Positions 25,663 through 34,766 of a stretch of 40,499 nt of DNA are shown piece after piece (position 1 is the stretch's first letter; each line of letters starts with the position of its first letter). Both the position numbers and the translations under genes were made by a program. The stretch covers positions 1 through 40,499 of the forward strand of contig JBEIJY010000022.1 of assembly GCA_040380025.1 (NCBI GenBank), in the 5' to 3' direction. The notes under the pieces are model-generated. The model did no database searches. It was given only the letters and a program-made list of their open reading frames with translations, and was not told where the DNA came from. Origin of the DNA: Bdellovibrionales bacterium (GTDB lineage Bacteria; Bdellovibrionota; UBA1018; CAIMNF01).

Positions 25663-28600
25663 TCTGATTGTATCCCCGATGAAGAAAAATCGGAGCAGTT
25701 CCGGCCGTGATGGCATGATCCCACCCCCCGTCCGCCGATCGTGCGAACCGGACTCCGTGGTACTGGTGGGATGCGATGATCCGCAAGGCCTCGGGGTGCG
25801 GCCGCCAGTCCCGTGCCGCTTGCAGGATGAGATTCCGGTACCGGTCGCGTTGTCTCGCATTGGCAACAGGCAGTGCGGAACCCGCCTCATCGAGCGGAAT
25901 GCGAAGTCCGCATTCTTTTGCGAAAAGAATGTTTTTCGCATTCTCGAGGGCGGGAACCACCTCCCGGAGAGCCTTGACCCGGACGGATTCCCCGACTGGC
26001 ATCATGTACCCGAAGAGAGATCCGTAGCGATCGAGGCTTCGATGGTACTCGCGGACTCCTTGGGCAAGACCGTCGCGGACCTCCCGGATGACGGGAGTGA
26101 AAAACTGGCTCACGGCCCGATCCGGAAGCCCGTAGAGTGGCCTTCGGGAGAAGGAAGCATCGGAAGAACTGTGCTCCCGTGTCGGCGCGGCATGAGAGAG
26201 GAAGTTCGCATAAAAATTCAAAAACGCAGCGAATTCCACACCCCCCTTGCGGAGCGACCGGTGCTCGTCCTCGATTCGCTCGCGAATCTGCCCGGCATGG
26301 ACCAGCTCGTGTCCGACCGTGATCAGCTGGATCAGCGGACTTTGTTCGCGCGCGATCCAGAGAAACCGCTCGCTCTCTGACATGAGACCGTGCTTGCTCC
26401 GCTTGCGGGCGAAACTCTCGCCCGCGGCATCGCAATCCAAACCCGCGCGGACCCGCTGTTCGCGGGTCAGAATGGCGATCCGCTCGGGAACCAGATCAGA
26501 ACAGAAAAGTTCCGCGATCGGAACCCCCTGCTCTTCGGCGAATCTCCTCAGATTCCATGCCGCATAGGGAAGAACCGCCATGAGATTCTGGAGATCGCGG
26601 ACAACGGCGGTCGTGCCCGCTCCGGCGGGATCTGTTCCGGCCGGCACCCTTGTCCGTCGATCCAGAAGATTCTGGATCTCCGCGATCCTCGGGTGGTGTT
26701 TGAAGTGCTTTCCTCTTGCCTCTTCCAGGAATCGCGCCCGTTGTTGCTCGGGGACTCCATCAGCCTCTTCGAGAACATCGAGCCAGGCGCTCCGGATGAC
26801 CCGGATCGTGGGATCGATCCGATCGGAGTCCGTGAGGAGAAGCGAATGGGCCTGCTCCCATTCCGAAGAGAGCGTCTCGCGGTACACCGGAAGCGTGGCA
26901 CTCCGGTGATTCCGAAAAATCGCTGAAAAAACCGTGCTCCGCGGGGAAGCGGAAAGTCGCTTCGCCGCGAGATCGGAGAACCGGTTCACCCCGGACTCGA
27001 TCCTTCTTCGAAGAGAGGGGCCCATTCCGCGAGCCGGAAAGCGAAGCCGAACCAGCTCCCGCAAAATCGTCTGAAGCCGTTGGATCTGGCTCCTGCCTCC
27101 GGAATGACGGTTTGCGAGCTCCGACAAATGCACCGCGATTTCGCGAAGCCGTGCCTGATCCTGCCGCCTCATCTCTTCGGAGTATCCGTCCCCATCAGCA
27201 TCGGGCCCAAGGACCACGAGTCCATCGAGCAGATCATAGAAATCCTCGTCCAGAACGGAATCTGCCTGAAGGAGGATCGACACCAACCATGCTTGCAGGG
27301 AGTGTCGCTTCAGGGAATAAGCTGCAACGGATTTTCGGTCGATCCGCCGCTCGATCAGGGACGATAGCTTCAGAATCGTCTCGACACATTCTGGATGCAG
27401 GAACGACGCGGACTCGCGCACTTGAAGCCGGATCGCCTCCAGGATTTCGGCAACCCGTTGGGCGCCTTCTCGCGGATCGCGGATCACGGTGCGAAGGAGC
27501 CCCAGAAGGTTCGCGATCTGGACGAGCTGTGCTCCCGCAAATGCCGGAACCGGAGCAGAGAGCGGAAGAGGCACCACGGGATTCGCAGCATCGCGAGCCG
27601 GGATGGATCCTGTGAAGCCCGCATCGTCGATCACGAGGAACGGAGCGTAGCCGCCACCTTTGGAGGTGTTCACGATGGCGCTTCCCGGCCCTTTTTCTCC
27701 CGGAGCGAACCGCACGAGCGCGTTGTGCGTGAGTTTCGGTACTGATCCCGATCCGCCATAAAACACCCACATCCGGAGATCAGCAGCGAGATTCGCGAGG
27801 CGAAATGGACCGGAATGATTCACGCGAGAGCGCCCGGTGCCCTCCTCACGGAACCGCCCGGTGCCATCATCACGGATGGCCACCGGGATCCGTCCGATCC
27901 TCACCACTTTCTGGTACGCGAACTTTTCGGGCTGGCGCTTCGCCTTTGCGATCACCTGTCTCCGTTCGCGCGCATCCAACGCCATCAACACATGAACACC
28001 CGTTCCGCCCGAGAGATTCGGTGCCTTGATGACCCAATCCTCGGGATTCCGCTCGATCCGTTCCGGCGATCCGGCCTGCGAGGGAAGCGATTCGGGAGGG
28101 CGGAGCATGGCGCGGGGAATCCCGAGCCCGAGGGCTTCGATGTCTTTCTGGAAGTAGCGCGGAGCATGGGTGGTCAGGATCTCGAGTAGAATCTTGTTAT
28201 CGAGCAGACGATTCAATCCTCCGAGGTAGAGCTTCCGCGAATGAATCGCCGACAACGCGCCGGGCACGGCATAATCTGATTCGAGGGGCACGGGTCTTCC
28301 CGATCCGTCGCGAAGAAGTTCGGGGCTCGAGGACCTCCAGGGCTTCAGCACATCCACGCAATACAAAGGACGTCCGCTGTCGGGGTCGCGAAGCAGGATT
28401 CCTTTTTCAGGATCGAAAAGCGCACTATCGCTGTTCACCCTCGAATAGATGGCCGTCACCACGGGATCCACCCCGTCCGAGGACCGCATGCGGATCCACC
28501 CGTCCTCATCGCGAAACAACTGCCCGGGATCGCAATACAAAAGCCCGGAACACGATGCGAGCTGATGGATCTCGGGCGCGGCGCCGTTCGCTCCTCCCGG

Positions 28601-29410
28601 AGGCAGGATCACCTGAATTCCGTCATGGCGACCCGTCCAGGACTCACCCAAAGACTGATAGGTGTGGCGCAGAGTCTCGAAGTGATCGTTCGGGAACACT
28701 CTGCCGAGGGAATCCAGACTGCCCGGATCCTCGCGCAGGAGTCCCTCGAGAATCGTCATGTTGTTCGACGCCCCCGAAGGAGAGCCCGCATTCAACTCGA
28801 GAAGACGAAACGGCAATTTTGCAAGACCCGTCGAATGCCCCGGATTCTCGTCCACGAGCACCAGATCGAGTCCCACGTTGTCGAAGAAGGGATACTCCCT
28901 CATGACTTCATGATGAAGCGCCGGCAGATAGTGCGGGGATTCCCGGGTGGCACGAAGAAACGCATCACGCGCCCCCGCCGGAAGCGAGCGGACGAACCGG
29001 CTCTCTCCCGGCGAGCGGGCACCGTAAAAGTCCTGCAGCACCTTCCGGAGCGACACCACGAGCACCTGCGCAGCCCGCTCAATCGCCTGGAACGAGGACT
29101 TCGGCAGGGGCACGACGGAGGAACTGACCGGTACCGTGAAGATCCGGTAAAATCCGTTCGCATCGAGTTTTTGGAACGTGAGATCGCGGTTTTTCAGGAA
29201 GCGGGTGAGATTCCGGCCGAGGAGATAATGCTCGCGCGCGGGACGCGCAAGAACCATACGCGCGGGTGCGGAGGCGGATTGCTTGCCCGCGGGAAAAAGA
29301 TAGTTCGCAACGCGGACCTCCCTCTCCCCGATGTATCCCCGGTACGGATCATAGCCCGGCCGTTTTTTCCGCTTTGCTTTTTCTGAGATCCTGATCCAGT
29401 TTCCCGCCAC
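25652..29410 (-). CDS. Circularly permuted (type 2) ATP-grasp amidoligase with a long C-terminal extension containing HExxH, 1252 aa
   Basis: Family motifs in order: GLDLV, RLLELNAGSPSG, TAIYSRVNSD, LDNK, WVIKAPNLSGGTGV, AYQKVV, DLRMWV, LVRFA...IVNTSKGGG. GHELVH near residue 1034. GTG start with AGGAG RBS. Confidence 0.85.
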   Translation of the reverse strand: MAGNWIRISEKAKRKKRPGYDPYRGYIGEREVRVANYLFPAGKQSASAPARMVLARPAREHYLLGRNLTRFLKNRDLTFQKLDANGFYRIFTVPVSSSVVPLPKSSFQAIERAAQVLVVSLRKVLQDFYGARSPGESRFVRSLPAGARDAFLRATRESPHYLPALHHEVMREYPFFDNVGLDLVLVDENPGHSTGLAKLPFRLLELNAGSPSGASNNMTILEGLLREDPGSLDSLGRVFPNDHFETLRHTYQSLGESWTGRHDGIQVILPPGGANGAAPEIHQLASCSGLLYCDPGQLFRDEDGWIRMRSSDGVDPVVTAIYSRVNSDSALFDPEKGILLRDPDSGRPLYCVDVLKPWRSSSPELLRDGSGRPVPLESDYAVPGALSAIHSRKLYLGGLNRLLDNKILLEILTTHAPRYFQKDIEALGLGIPRAMLRPPESLPSQAGSPERIERNPEDWVIKAPNLSGGTGVHVLMALDARERRQVIAKAKRQPEKFAYQKVVRIGRIPVAIRDDGTGRFREEGTGRSRVNHSGPFRLANLAADLRMWVFYGGSGSVPKLTHNALVRFAPGEKGPGSAIVNTSKGGGYAPFLVIDDAGFTGSIPARDAANPVVPLPLSAPVPAFAGAQLVQIANLLGLLRTVIRDPREGAQRVAEILEAIRLQVRESASFLHPECVETILKLSSLIERRIDRKSVAAYSLKRHSLQAWLVSILLQADSVLDEDFYDLLDGLVVLGPDADGDGYSEEMRRQDQARLREIAVHLSELANRHSGGRSQIQRLQTILRELVRLRFPARGMGPSLRRRIESGVNRFSDLAAKRLSASPRSTVFSAIFRNHRSATLPVYRETLSSEWEQAHSLLLTDSDRIDPTIRVIRSAWLDVLEEADGVPEQQRARFLEEARGKHFKHHPRIAEIQNLLDRRTRVPAGTDPAGAGTTAVVRDLQNLMAVLPYAAWNLRRFAEEQGVPIAELFCSDLVPERIAILTREQRVRAGLDCDAAGESFARKRSKHGLMSESERFLWIAREQSPLIQLITVGHELVHAGQIRERIEDEHRSLRKGGVEFAAFLNFYANFLSHAAPTREHSSSDASFSRRPLYGLPDRAVSQFFTPVIREVRDGLAQGVREYHRSLDRYGSLFGYMMPVGESVRVKALREVVPALENAKNILFAKECGLRIPLDEAGSALPVANARQRDRYRNLILQAARDWRPHPEALRIIASHQYHGVRFARSADGGWDHAITAGTAPIFLHRGYNQTQQ

Positions 29411-29430
29411 CCGAACTCCTCCCCGCGAAC

Positions 29431-29452
29431 CCCGGTGATGCGGATCACATTT
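29431..29452. promoter_or_regulatory. CRP/FNR-family transcription factor binding site
   Basis: Minus strand AAATGTGA-TCCGCA-TCACC matches TGTGA-N6-TCACA at 9/10 positions, with an AAA flank. Lies in the short divergent intergenic region. Confidence 0.6.
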
Positions 29453-29454
29453 AA

Positions 29455-31593
29455 TTGTTTGACCCGCCCCCGAAATCCCGATTAATCACTCACCCCGTGA
29501 AGCCGAAGCCTCCCCTAACACTGGCCCCGAGACCTCGACCACTCGTCTATCCGGACACGGAGCTCCTGTCGCTGACCGGAATCAAAACTCCCGAAAAGGA
29601 CTTCGAGGATGCGATCGCATCGATCGTCTTCGACGGAGGCGCTTCGCGGATCGATCCTGCACCGGGGGCGCTTCCGGTATTCCGGACCGGACGGACGGCG
29701 GGCTATGATCTGTACCGGAACGCGAAGATGCTCGCGAACCTTCGGATCGGACTCACCGCCGGCGGAACGTTCGTGATCCAGTGGAGGATTCTCGACGGGG
29801 AATCGTCGTGGATCTCGCATCATTACGCGAAGGACGGTCGCTTCCGGTTCACGGAGGGCCCGATCGCGGGGGAATTCGCGGTCCTGCCCGAACGGACCTT
29901 CGAGCCGGGTTGTCCGGTGCTGAATTATTTGTACAACGTGGCGGCGGAGGAATATCCGAAAGCGCGCGAGGGAACGGCGGACTCGGTCTTGCTCCATCTG
30001 ATCGAACGCACACTCCGGGGAATCGCACACCATCGCTGGCGGGAGTTCTCGGCAAGCAAGGGGATCTTTGACCCGATTGTGCGAAAACGGAACCGGGAAA
30101 TCCTCCTTCTGGACCGGGATCCGGTCTACACCAGACGGGAACGCGCGGAACTCGAGAAAAAAATCCGGAAGGAGCGAAGTCTCCTTCTTCGCACGAAGAG
30201 GCGAATTCACGGAAGGAGTGTTCTTTCGGGCCTGATCGCGTCGATGCTTCGCGATTTCGCGTTGGGAATCCTGCGATGGCTGCGGCACCCCGGTCGTCAA
30301 CTGGCCGCCCTGGCCGGAGCGGTCGTGCTGGATCCTTTGCTCTGGTTTGTGAATCTGGTGCGGGGGAACCTTGGCTATTCGGTTGCCCTGGCCATTTATA
30401 GCCCCTTCACGTTTTTCTTCATCACCCAGCCCATGAATCCCCACGCGATGTGGGCCGTGGGCAAGGTCCGTTCCGCATGGGTTGGGCGCTCGGAAGCCGC
30501 GCCTGAAATCAGGAAGAATACGGAAAGTCCCACAGGGACCTCACTCGAGTCGATCCGGCCCCAAACCGCGGGGATTCTGCTTGCGAGCGATGTGCCCGAG
30601 GTGGCAACGCAGAGCTGGGAAGAACGGATGAGTCGCTTCAAGGCGATGGAGATCGCCTACGAATCGGACCTGGAGCTTGCAGCCCGGATGGGACGACTGG
30701 AGCATCTGGAGACCCAGCTGAACTGGTCCATCGTGATCGAGAGCGCTTGGTCCGAGAATGAACGATTGTGGTCACTCTTGGAGTTCCTTCTCTCGGATTC
30801 AGCGAAATACCAGCCGAAATTCGTGGAATTCCTGAAGCACGAACAAATGCGGGTGATGCGATCCGGTCTGTACCTCTGGGACCGGAGCATCCGGTTTCTT
30901 CTGGATCATCCCTTTGTGCTTCTAAACGGATCGCGCGAGCAAAAAGAGCTCGATCCGTACTCGCTCCGGATTTTTCCCGTGCTTCGCGAGATGACCGGGA
31001 CTCTCACGAAGCGGCACCCCGGACTCCGCCTTCCGGAAGGGTACGGGGAATTGGCAGCCGCAGGATCACAAATCGAATCAAAATATCATCCGGAGGGATC
31101 GGTCCTCGATCGGCTGCACGCAAATTCGAAGCTGTTCTCGGAGGCAGATCAAAATCATACAAATCCGCATGATCCCGATGCGCTCCGCTCGCGACTGAAA
31201 CGCCAATGGGAGATTTTATACCTGCTTCAGAACCGTGCGCAGGAATCGGCGAATGCGGGACTGCAGATGTATGTCTGGTCGGTCCGGAATACCGCCCACC
31301 TTTTGCAATCCCTTTCTTCAGCGAAACGCGAAGAGATCTCGACCCTCGCCCTGGCCTACCTGAAGGAATCGTCCCACACCCTGCTCCCCTCTAGCGAGGC
31401 TCTGCGCCGGATTGATTCCCAGTATGAAGCGCTCTTTCATATGATGGTGCTCGAATTTACCTCCATCCGAAAGGAACTTTCCCACGCACTCGGAAAAGAC
31501 ATCGAATCGATCCAACGGCAGACGCTGATCGAAGACCTGCGATCATTTTTGCGGGAGCGCGAAGCGCTCCGGAAGGAGGCCCATGAGAACTGA
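29455..31593 (+). CDS. Hypothetical membrane-anchored protein, ~700 aa (start TTG 29455 or GTG 29497)
   Basis: Long ORF with central hydrophobic segments (LAALAGAVVLDPLLWFV, YSVALAIYSPFTFFFI) and a helical C-terminal half. Overlaps the next gene by 11 bp. TTGACC-N17-TTAATC lies upstream of GTG 29497. Confidence 0.78.
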   Translation: MFDPPPKSRLITHPVKPKPPLTLAPRPRPLVYPDTELLSLTGIKTPEKDFEDAIASIVFDGGASRIDPAPGALPVFRTGRTAGYDLYRNAKMLANLRIGLTAGGTFVIQWRILDGESSWISHHYAKDGRFRFTEGPIAGEFAVLPERTFEPGCPVLNYLYNVAAEEYPKAREGTADSVLLHLIERTLRGIAHHRWREFSASKGIFDPIVRKRNREILLLDRDPVYTRRERAELEKKIRKERSLLLRTKRRIHGRSVLSGLIASMLRDFALGILRWLRHPGRQLAALAGAVVLDPLLWFVNLVRGNLGYSVALAIYSPFTFFFITQPMNPHAMWAVGKVRSAWVGRSEAAPEIRKNTESPTGTSLESIRPQTAGILLASDVPEVATQSWEERMSRFKAMEIAYESDLELAARMGRLEHLETQLNWSIVIESAWSENERLWSLLEFLLSDSAKYQPKFVEFLKHEQMRVMRSGLYLWDRSIRFLLDHPFVLLNGSREQKELDPYSLRIFPVLREMTGTLTKRHPGLRLPEGYGELAAAGSQIESKYHPEGSVLDRLHANSKLFSEADQNHTNPHDPDALRSRLKRQWEILYLLQNRAQESANAGLQMYVWSVRNTAHLLQSLSSAKREEISTLALAYLKESSHTLLPSSEALRRIDSQYEALFHMMVLEFTSIRKELSHALGKDIESIQRQTLIEDLRSFLREREALRKEAHEN

Positions 31594-32515
31594 TCCCCGG
31601 ATTCTTTTTTTTGTGCTGATGATCACGGCCGGATCGGCCGTGACGGTCCGGGCCCGCGCAGAAACTCCGGCCACAGGAGTGATCCGGTCTTCGCTCGAAT
31701 TCCCGCCGCCACGGGAACCGCGCACGATGCCCGGAATCGGCGAGATCCTCGGGGGATTTCATGGTCTGTATGCGGCCTCGTTCATGGGCCCGCGCCTTGC
31801 CGGGGGCCCCGGGGAGACCTACAATGTTTTCTTGGGCGATACCGCGAGCATGCAGGTGTTCCATTCCTTCCAGCTTGGCTACGAGGTGAACGAACACCTG
31901 CGCATGGGCTTCGGAGGCGATCTTGCCCAAACCCTGTTCGACGGAGTCCGCGGGGACGATGGAACCGCCCGAAGCCGGTCTGTCGATTGGTTCGACCCGT
32001 ACGTGTTTTTTCAGTTCCCGGATCTGATTCGCATCCCTGGCTGGTCGGTATTCACGGCCGCTGCGCTCAGCCTCCCGATGACCCGAACCTCGGTGGAGTC
32101 GCTCCGGATCACCTCGCTCACCCTGCAACAGAGCTGGAATCTGGCCCTGAACGGACCCTGGCGACTCGGGGTGAATTTCTTTTTGAACCCGGTCCTCCTC
32201 GGATATCCCGCTCCCGAGCGATTTCCGAGACGAAGAACGTTCTATGCGTCCGTCGGTCCGAATTTCGGCTACGCACTCTCGAGCGAATGGAACGTCGGAA
32301 TCAGCACGAACTTCAACTTCGACCACACTTCGCCGGATCCGGAAGGGTCGCTTCATTTCGATCCCGCGATCGGGGATTTCGCCCAGTTGAGCCTTGCCTA
32401 CTCGAAAACCGTGGGAGGCGTGACCCTCGGAGTTTCGACGTATTACCAGAGTCTGATTGAAAAACCCTCCCCTGCCACTTCGATTCTAGGCGCGGGATTC
32501 TCGGTGTCCTTTTGA
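31583..32515 (+). CDS. Hypothetical outer-membrane beta-barrel protein, 310 aa
   Basis: Signal peptide ending in ARA; alternating aromatic/hydrophobic strands; C-terminal LGAGFSVSF resembles a BAM signal; AGGAGG RBS. Confidence 0.75.
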   Translation: MRTDPRILFFVLMITAGSAVTVRARAETPATGVIRSSLEFPPPREPRTMPGIGEILGGFHGLYAASFMGPRLAGGPGETYNVFLGDTASMQVFHSFQLGYEVNEHLRMGFGGDLAQTLFDGVRGDDGTARSRSVDWFDPYVFFQFPDLIRIPGWSVFTAAALSLPMTRTSVESLRITSLTLQQSWNLALNGPWRLGVNFFLNPVLLGYPAPERFPRRRTFYASVGPNFGYALSSEWNVGISTNFNFDHTSPDPEGSLHFDPAIGDFAQLSLAYSKTVGGVTLGVSTYYQSLIEKPSPATSILGAGFSVSF

Positions 32516-32519
32516 CCAC

Positions 32520-33290
32520 TCAGGAGCGGATCTTGATCAGCCGCGTGAGGTAGATCGGACCCGTTCCGCCGGATCGATCGGGAAAAATCTGAAACCCGTG
32601 CGCGGTTGCCTCGAGATCGGAAAGATCATCCTGCGTCGGATCATGCGCGACGATCGCGGATTTCCGCTCAAGAACGCGTGCGATCACTCCGTCGTTCTCG
32701 AGCGGAGAAATCGAACAGGTCGAGTACACCAGGACTCCGCCCTCCTTTAGCGCAAGAATCGCCGAGCACAACAGGGAATACTGCCGCATCGCAAGCTGGC
32801 GGGTTCGCGAATCCTTCCATTCGGGAACCTCGGGGTCCTCTGCGATCAGATGGGCCTCGCTCGAGCAAGGCGCATCGAGCAGGATGCGGTCGAATGTATT
32901 TTTTTTCTTCAGTCCGAAGAGATTTCCGTCGAATCCCGTCACGCGAATCAGCGTTCGCGAAGCGGGAGGCACATGGGATTCGATCACATCCGAAAGCCGG
33001 CGCCGTCTCGCCATCGAGAGCTCGTTTGCGGTCAGTGATCCCCGTCCCTGCAAATCCTCGGCAAGAATCAGCGTCTTTCCGCCGGGGGCGGCGCAGAGGT
33101 CGAGCACGGAATCCCCGGGGGCGACCTTCAGGGCCTTGGCCGCACGAATCGAGGCCTGATCGAGAACATACCGGGAGTACCCTCCGAAGCATTCCCGCTC
33201 GACCTTGGGAGCGGGATTCTTCATCGCCTCGAAAAGCCCGCTCCACCGCTCGCCGTACACTGCCTCGAAATGTCGGTGAAACCCGCTCAT
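32520..33290 (-). CDS. RsmB/RsmF (NOL1/NOP2/Sun) family RNA m5C methyltransferase
   Basis: VLDLCAAPGGKT, ANELS, FDRILLDAPCS, LVYSTCSISPLEN. ATG 33290 overlaps the upstream stop (ATGA). Confidence 0.93.
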   Translation of the reverse strand: MSGFHRHFEAVYGERWSGLFEAMKNPAPKVERECFGGYSRYVLDQASIRAAKALKVAPGDSVLDLCAAPGGKTLILAEDLQGRGSLTANELSMARRRRLSDVIESHVPPASRTLIRVTGFDGNLFGLKKKNTFDRILLDAPCSSEAHLIAEDPEVPEWKDSRTRQLAMRQYSLLCSAILALKEGGVLVYSTCSISPLENDGVIARVLERKSAIVAHDPTQDDLSDLEATAHGFQIFPDRSGGTGPIYLTRLIKIRS

Positions 33291-34738
33291 GGGAAGAGGG
33301 CCTTCCGGAACAGGAACACCGATCGCGAAGCCCACTGACGGGAGGCCACGGCTTCTTGCGAGTAGTCGCCGCGAATGCGATTCAAGAGCCCGGGAAGCAA
33401 GTTCTCATCGAGAATGAGCACATCGGCATCGAGCAAGGGCGGGAGATTCTTTTGGGAATGATATCCCACCCGGCGAACCGGCCCCAAAAGATAGGGCAAC
33501 GGCCAGGTGAATTCGCTGACCACCTGGACCCGAAGGGTGGAGGCGAGCGCGGGCTCGTTCTTGATTTTTTTTAAGATCCGCTCCACCGGCGGGAGAAAAT
33601 CGGCATAGGTCTGACCGTAAATGTAGGGATGCCCGTCCTGATCGGGGTCGATCCAGGACACTTGAACCGTCTGCCAGGCAGACGCGATCGCGGCAAAGGC
33701 CACCAGGGCAATCGCCGCGAGGCGAAGGCCTCCTGAAGCGACACGCGAACTCATCCACGAAAACGCACCCGAAATCGCAGAAGCTCCGAACACGGCAAGG
33801 AACCACGCAAACGAGAGCATGCACCACGGAGTCTTGTACGGAACCGCGGAATACATGAACCAGAGGACTGCTCCGATCACGCCGGCCAGCCGGGCATCGC
33901 GATCTGCCCGTTTGGCAAGAAACGGAAGTGCCAGAAGCCCCACTAAGGGAAGCCATTCGTACCGGAACAGAAGCCCGATCCAATACCAGAAGGGCTTTTG
34001 GTGGCCGTTGCCGTGGGAGCCGGTTTCGAACCACTTCAGGAAGGCCTCGAAGAACTTCGCAAACCCCGCCCATTCCTGGAAAAACCCTGTGAAGAACACC
34101 AAGACGGGAATCAAGGAGAGCCCGAGACAGGCGAAAGCTCCGGGCCAGAAGGCCCGTGTGAACACACGCGAAACCCGACGGTCGGACCGCCAAACGGCAA
34201 GCTCGGCGATTCCGAGCGCGGCACCGAAGATCGCGAAATTCTCTTTCAGCGAAGCCATGAGACCGACCGTGAGCGAAAGCCATGCGATTCTTGGGCCCGT
34301 CCACCCGTCCTCGCGGATTCGGAGCCATTGATGAAAAAACAACACGCAAGCGAGCGCGAATCCCGTTTCGTGAATCGCATACCGCGAGTAAAACACGAAG
34401 GCCGGCGACACCGAGAGGAACAGCGCCGCAATCCATGCGGTCAGGAATCCGATTCGTTTCCGGAACAACAGAGGGCTCAACGAAAGAAGCGTCCCGAAAA
34501 GGGCCGCGGGAATCCGGAGCGCGATCACGTCTCTTCCGAAAATCGATTCCGAGAGCGCCAGCAGATAGAAGAACAAGGGCCCATGGTAGTTGTTCGGATC
34601 ATACGAGTAAAACCCCTCGCGGAACAATCCGTCGACAAACCATCCATTCACCGCCTCATCGTGATGAATCGGACGGGCATCGAGAAAAACAAAGCGCAAA
34701 AGGGCCAGAACAAGCAGTGGAAGCACGGAACGGAACAT
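33287..34738 (-). CDS. GT-C/PMT-like polytopic glycosyltransferase (TIGR03663/Agl23-like)
   Basis: RPIHHDEAVN, YSYDPNNYHGP, FYSRYAIHE, KEN, PYKTPW, WPLPY; many TM helices. Confidence 0.82.
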   Translation of the reverse strand: MFRSVLPLLVLALLRFVFLDARPIHHDEAVNGWFVDGLFREGFYSYDPNNYHGPLFFYLLALSESIFGRDVIALRIPAALFGTLLSLSPLLFRKRIGFLTAWIAALFLSVSPAFVFYSRYAIHETGFALACVLFFHQWLRIREDGWTGPRIAWLSLTVGLMASLKENFAIFGAALGIAELAVWRSDRRVSRVFTRAFWPGAFACLGLSLIPVLVFFTGFFQEWAGFAKFFEAFLKWFETGSHGNGHQKPFWYWIGLLFRYEWLPLVGLLALPFLAKRADRDARLAGVIGAVLWFMYSAVPYKTPWCMLSFAWFLAVFGASAISGAFSWMSSRVASGGLRLAAIALVAFAAIASAWQTVQVSWIDPDQDGHPYIYGQTYADFLPPVERILKKIKNEPALASTLRVQVVSEFTWPLPYLLGPVRRVGYHSQKNLPPLLDADVLILDENLLPGLLNRIRGDYSQEAVASRQWASRSVFLFRKALFP

Positions 34739-34744
34739 GCTTCA

Positions 34745-34750
34745 ATGCTA
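34745..34750 (-). promoter_or_regulatory. Probable -10 box (TAGCAT) for leaderless transcription of the 34738 gene
   Basis: Minus strand TAGCAT-TGAAGC-ATG (6-nt spacer); no Shine-Dalgarno on that strand. Confidence 0.5.
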
Positions 34751-34766
34751 ACGGAGGAGGTTTGAC

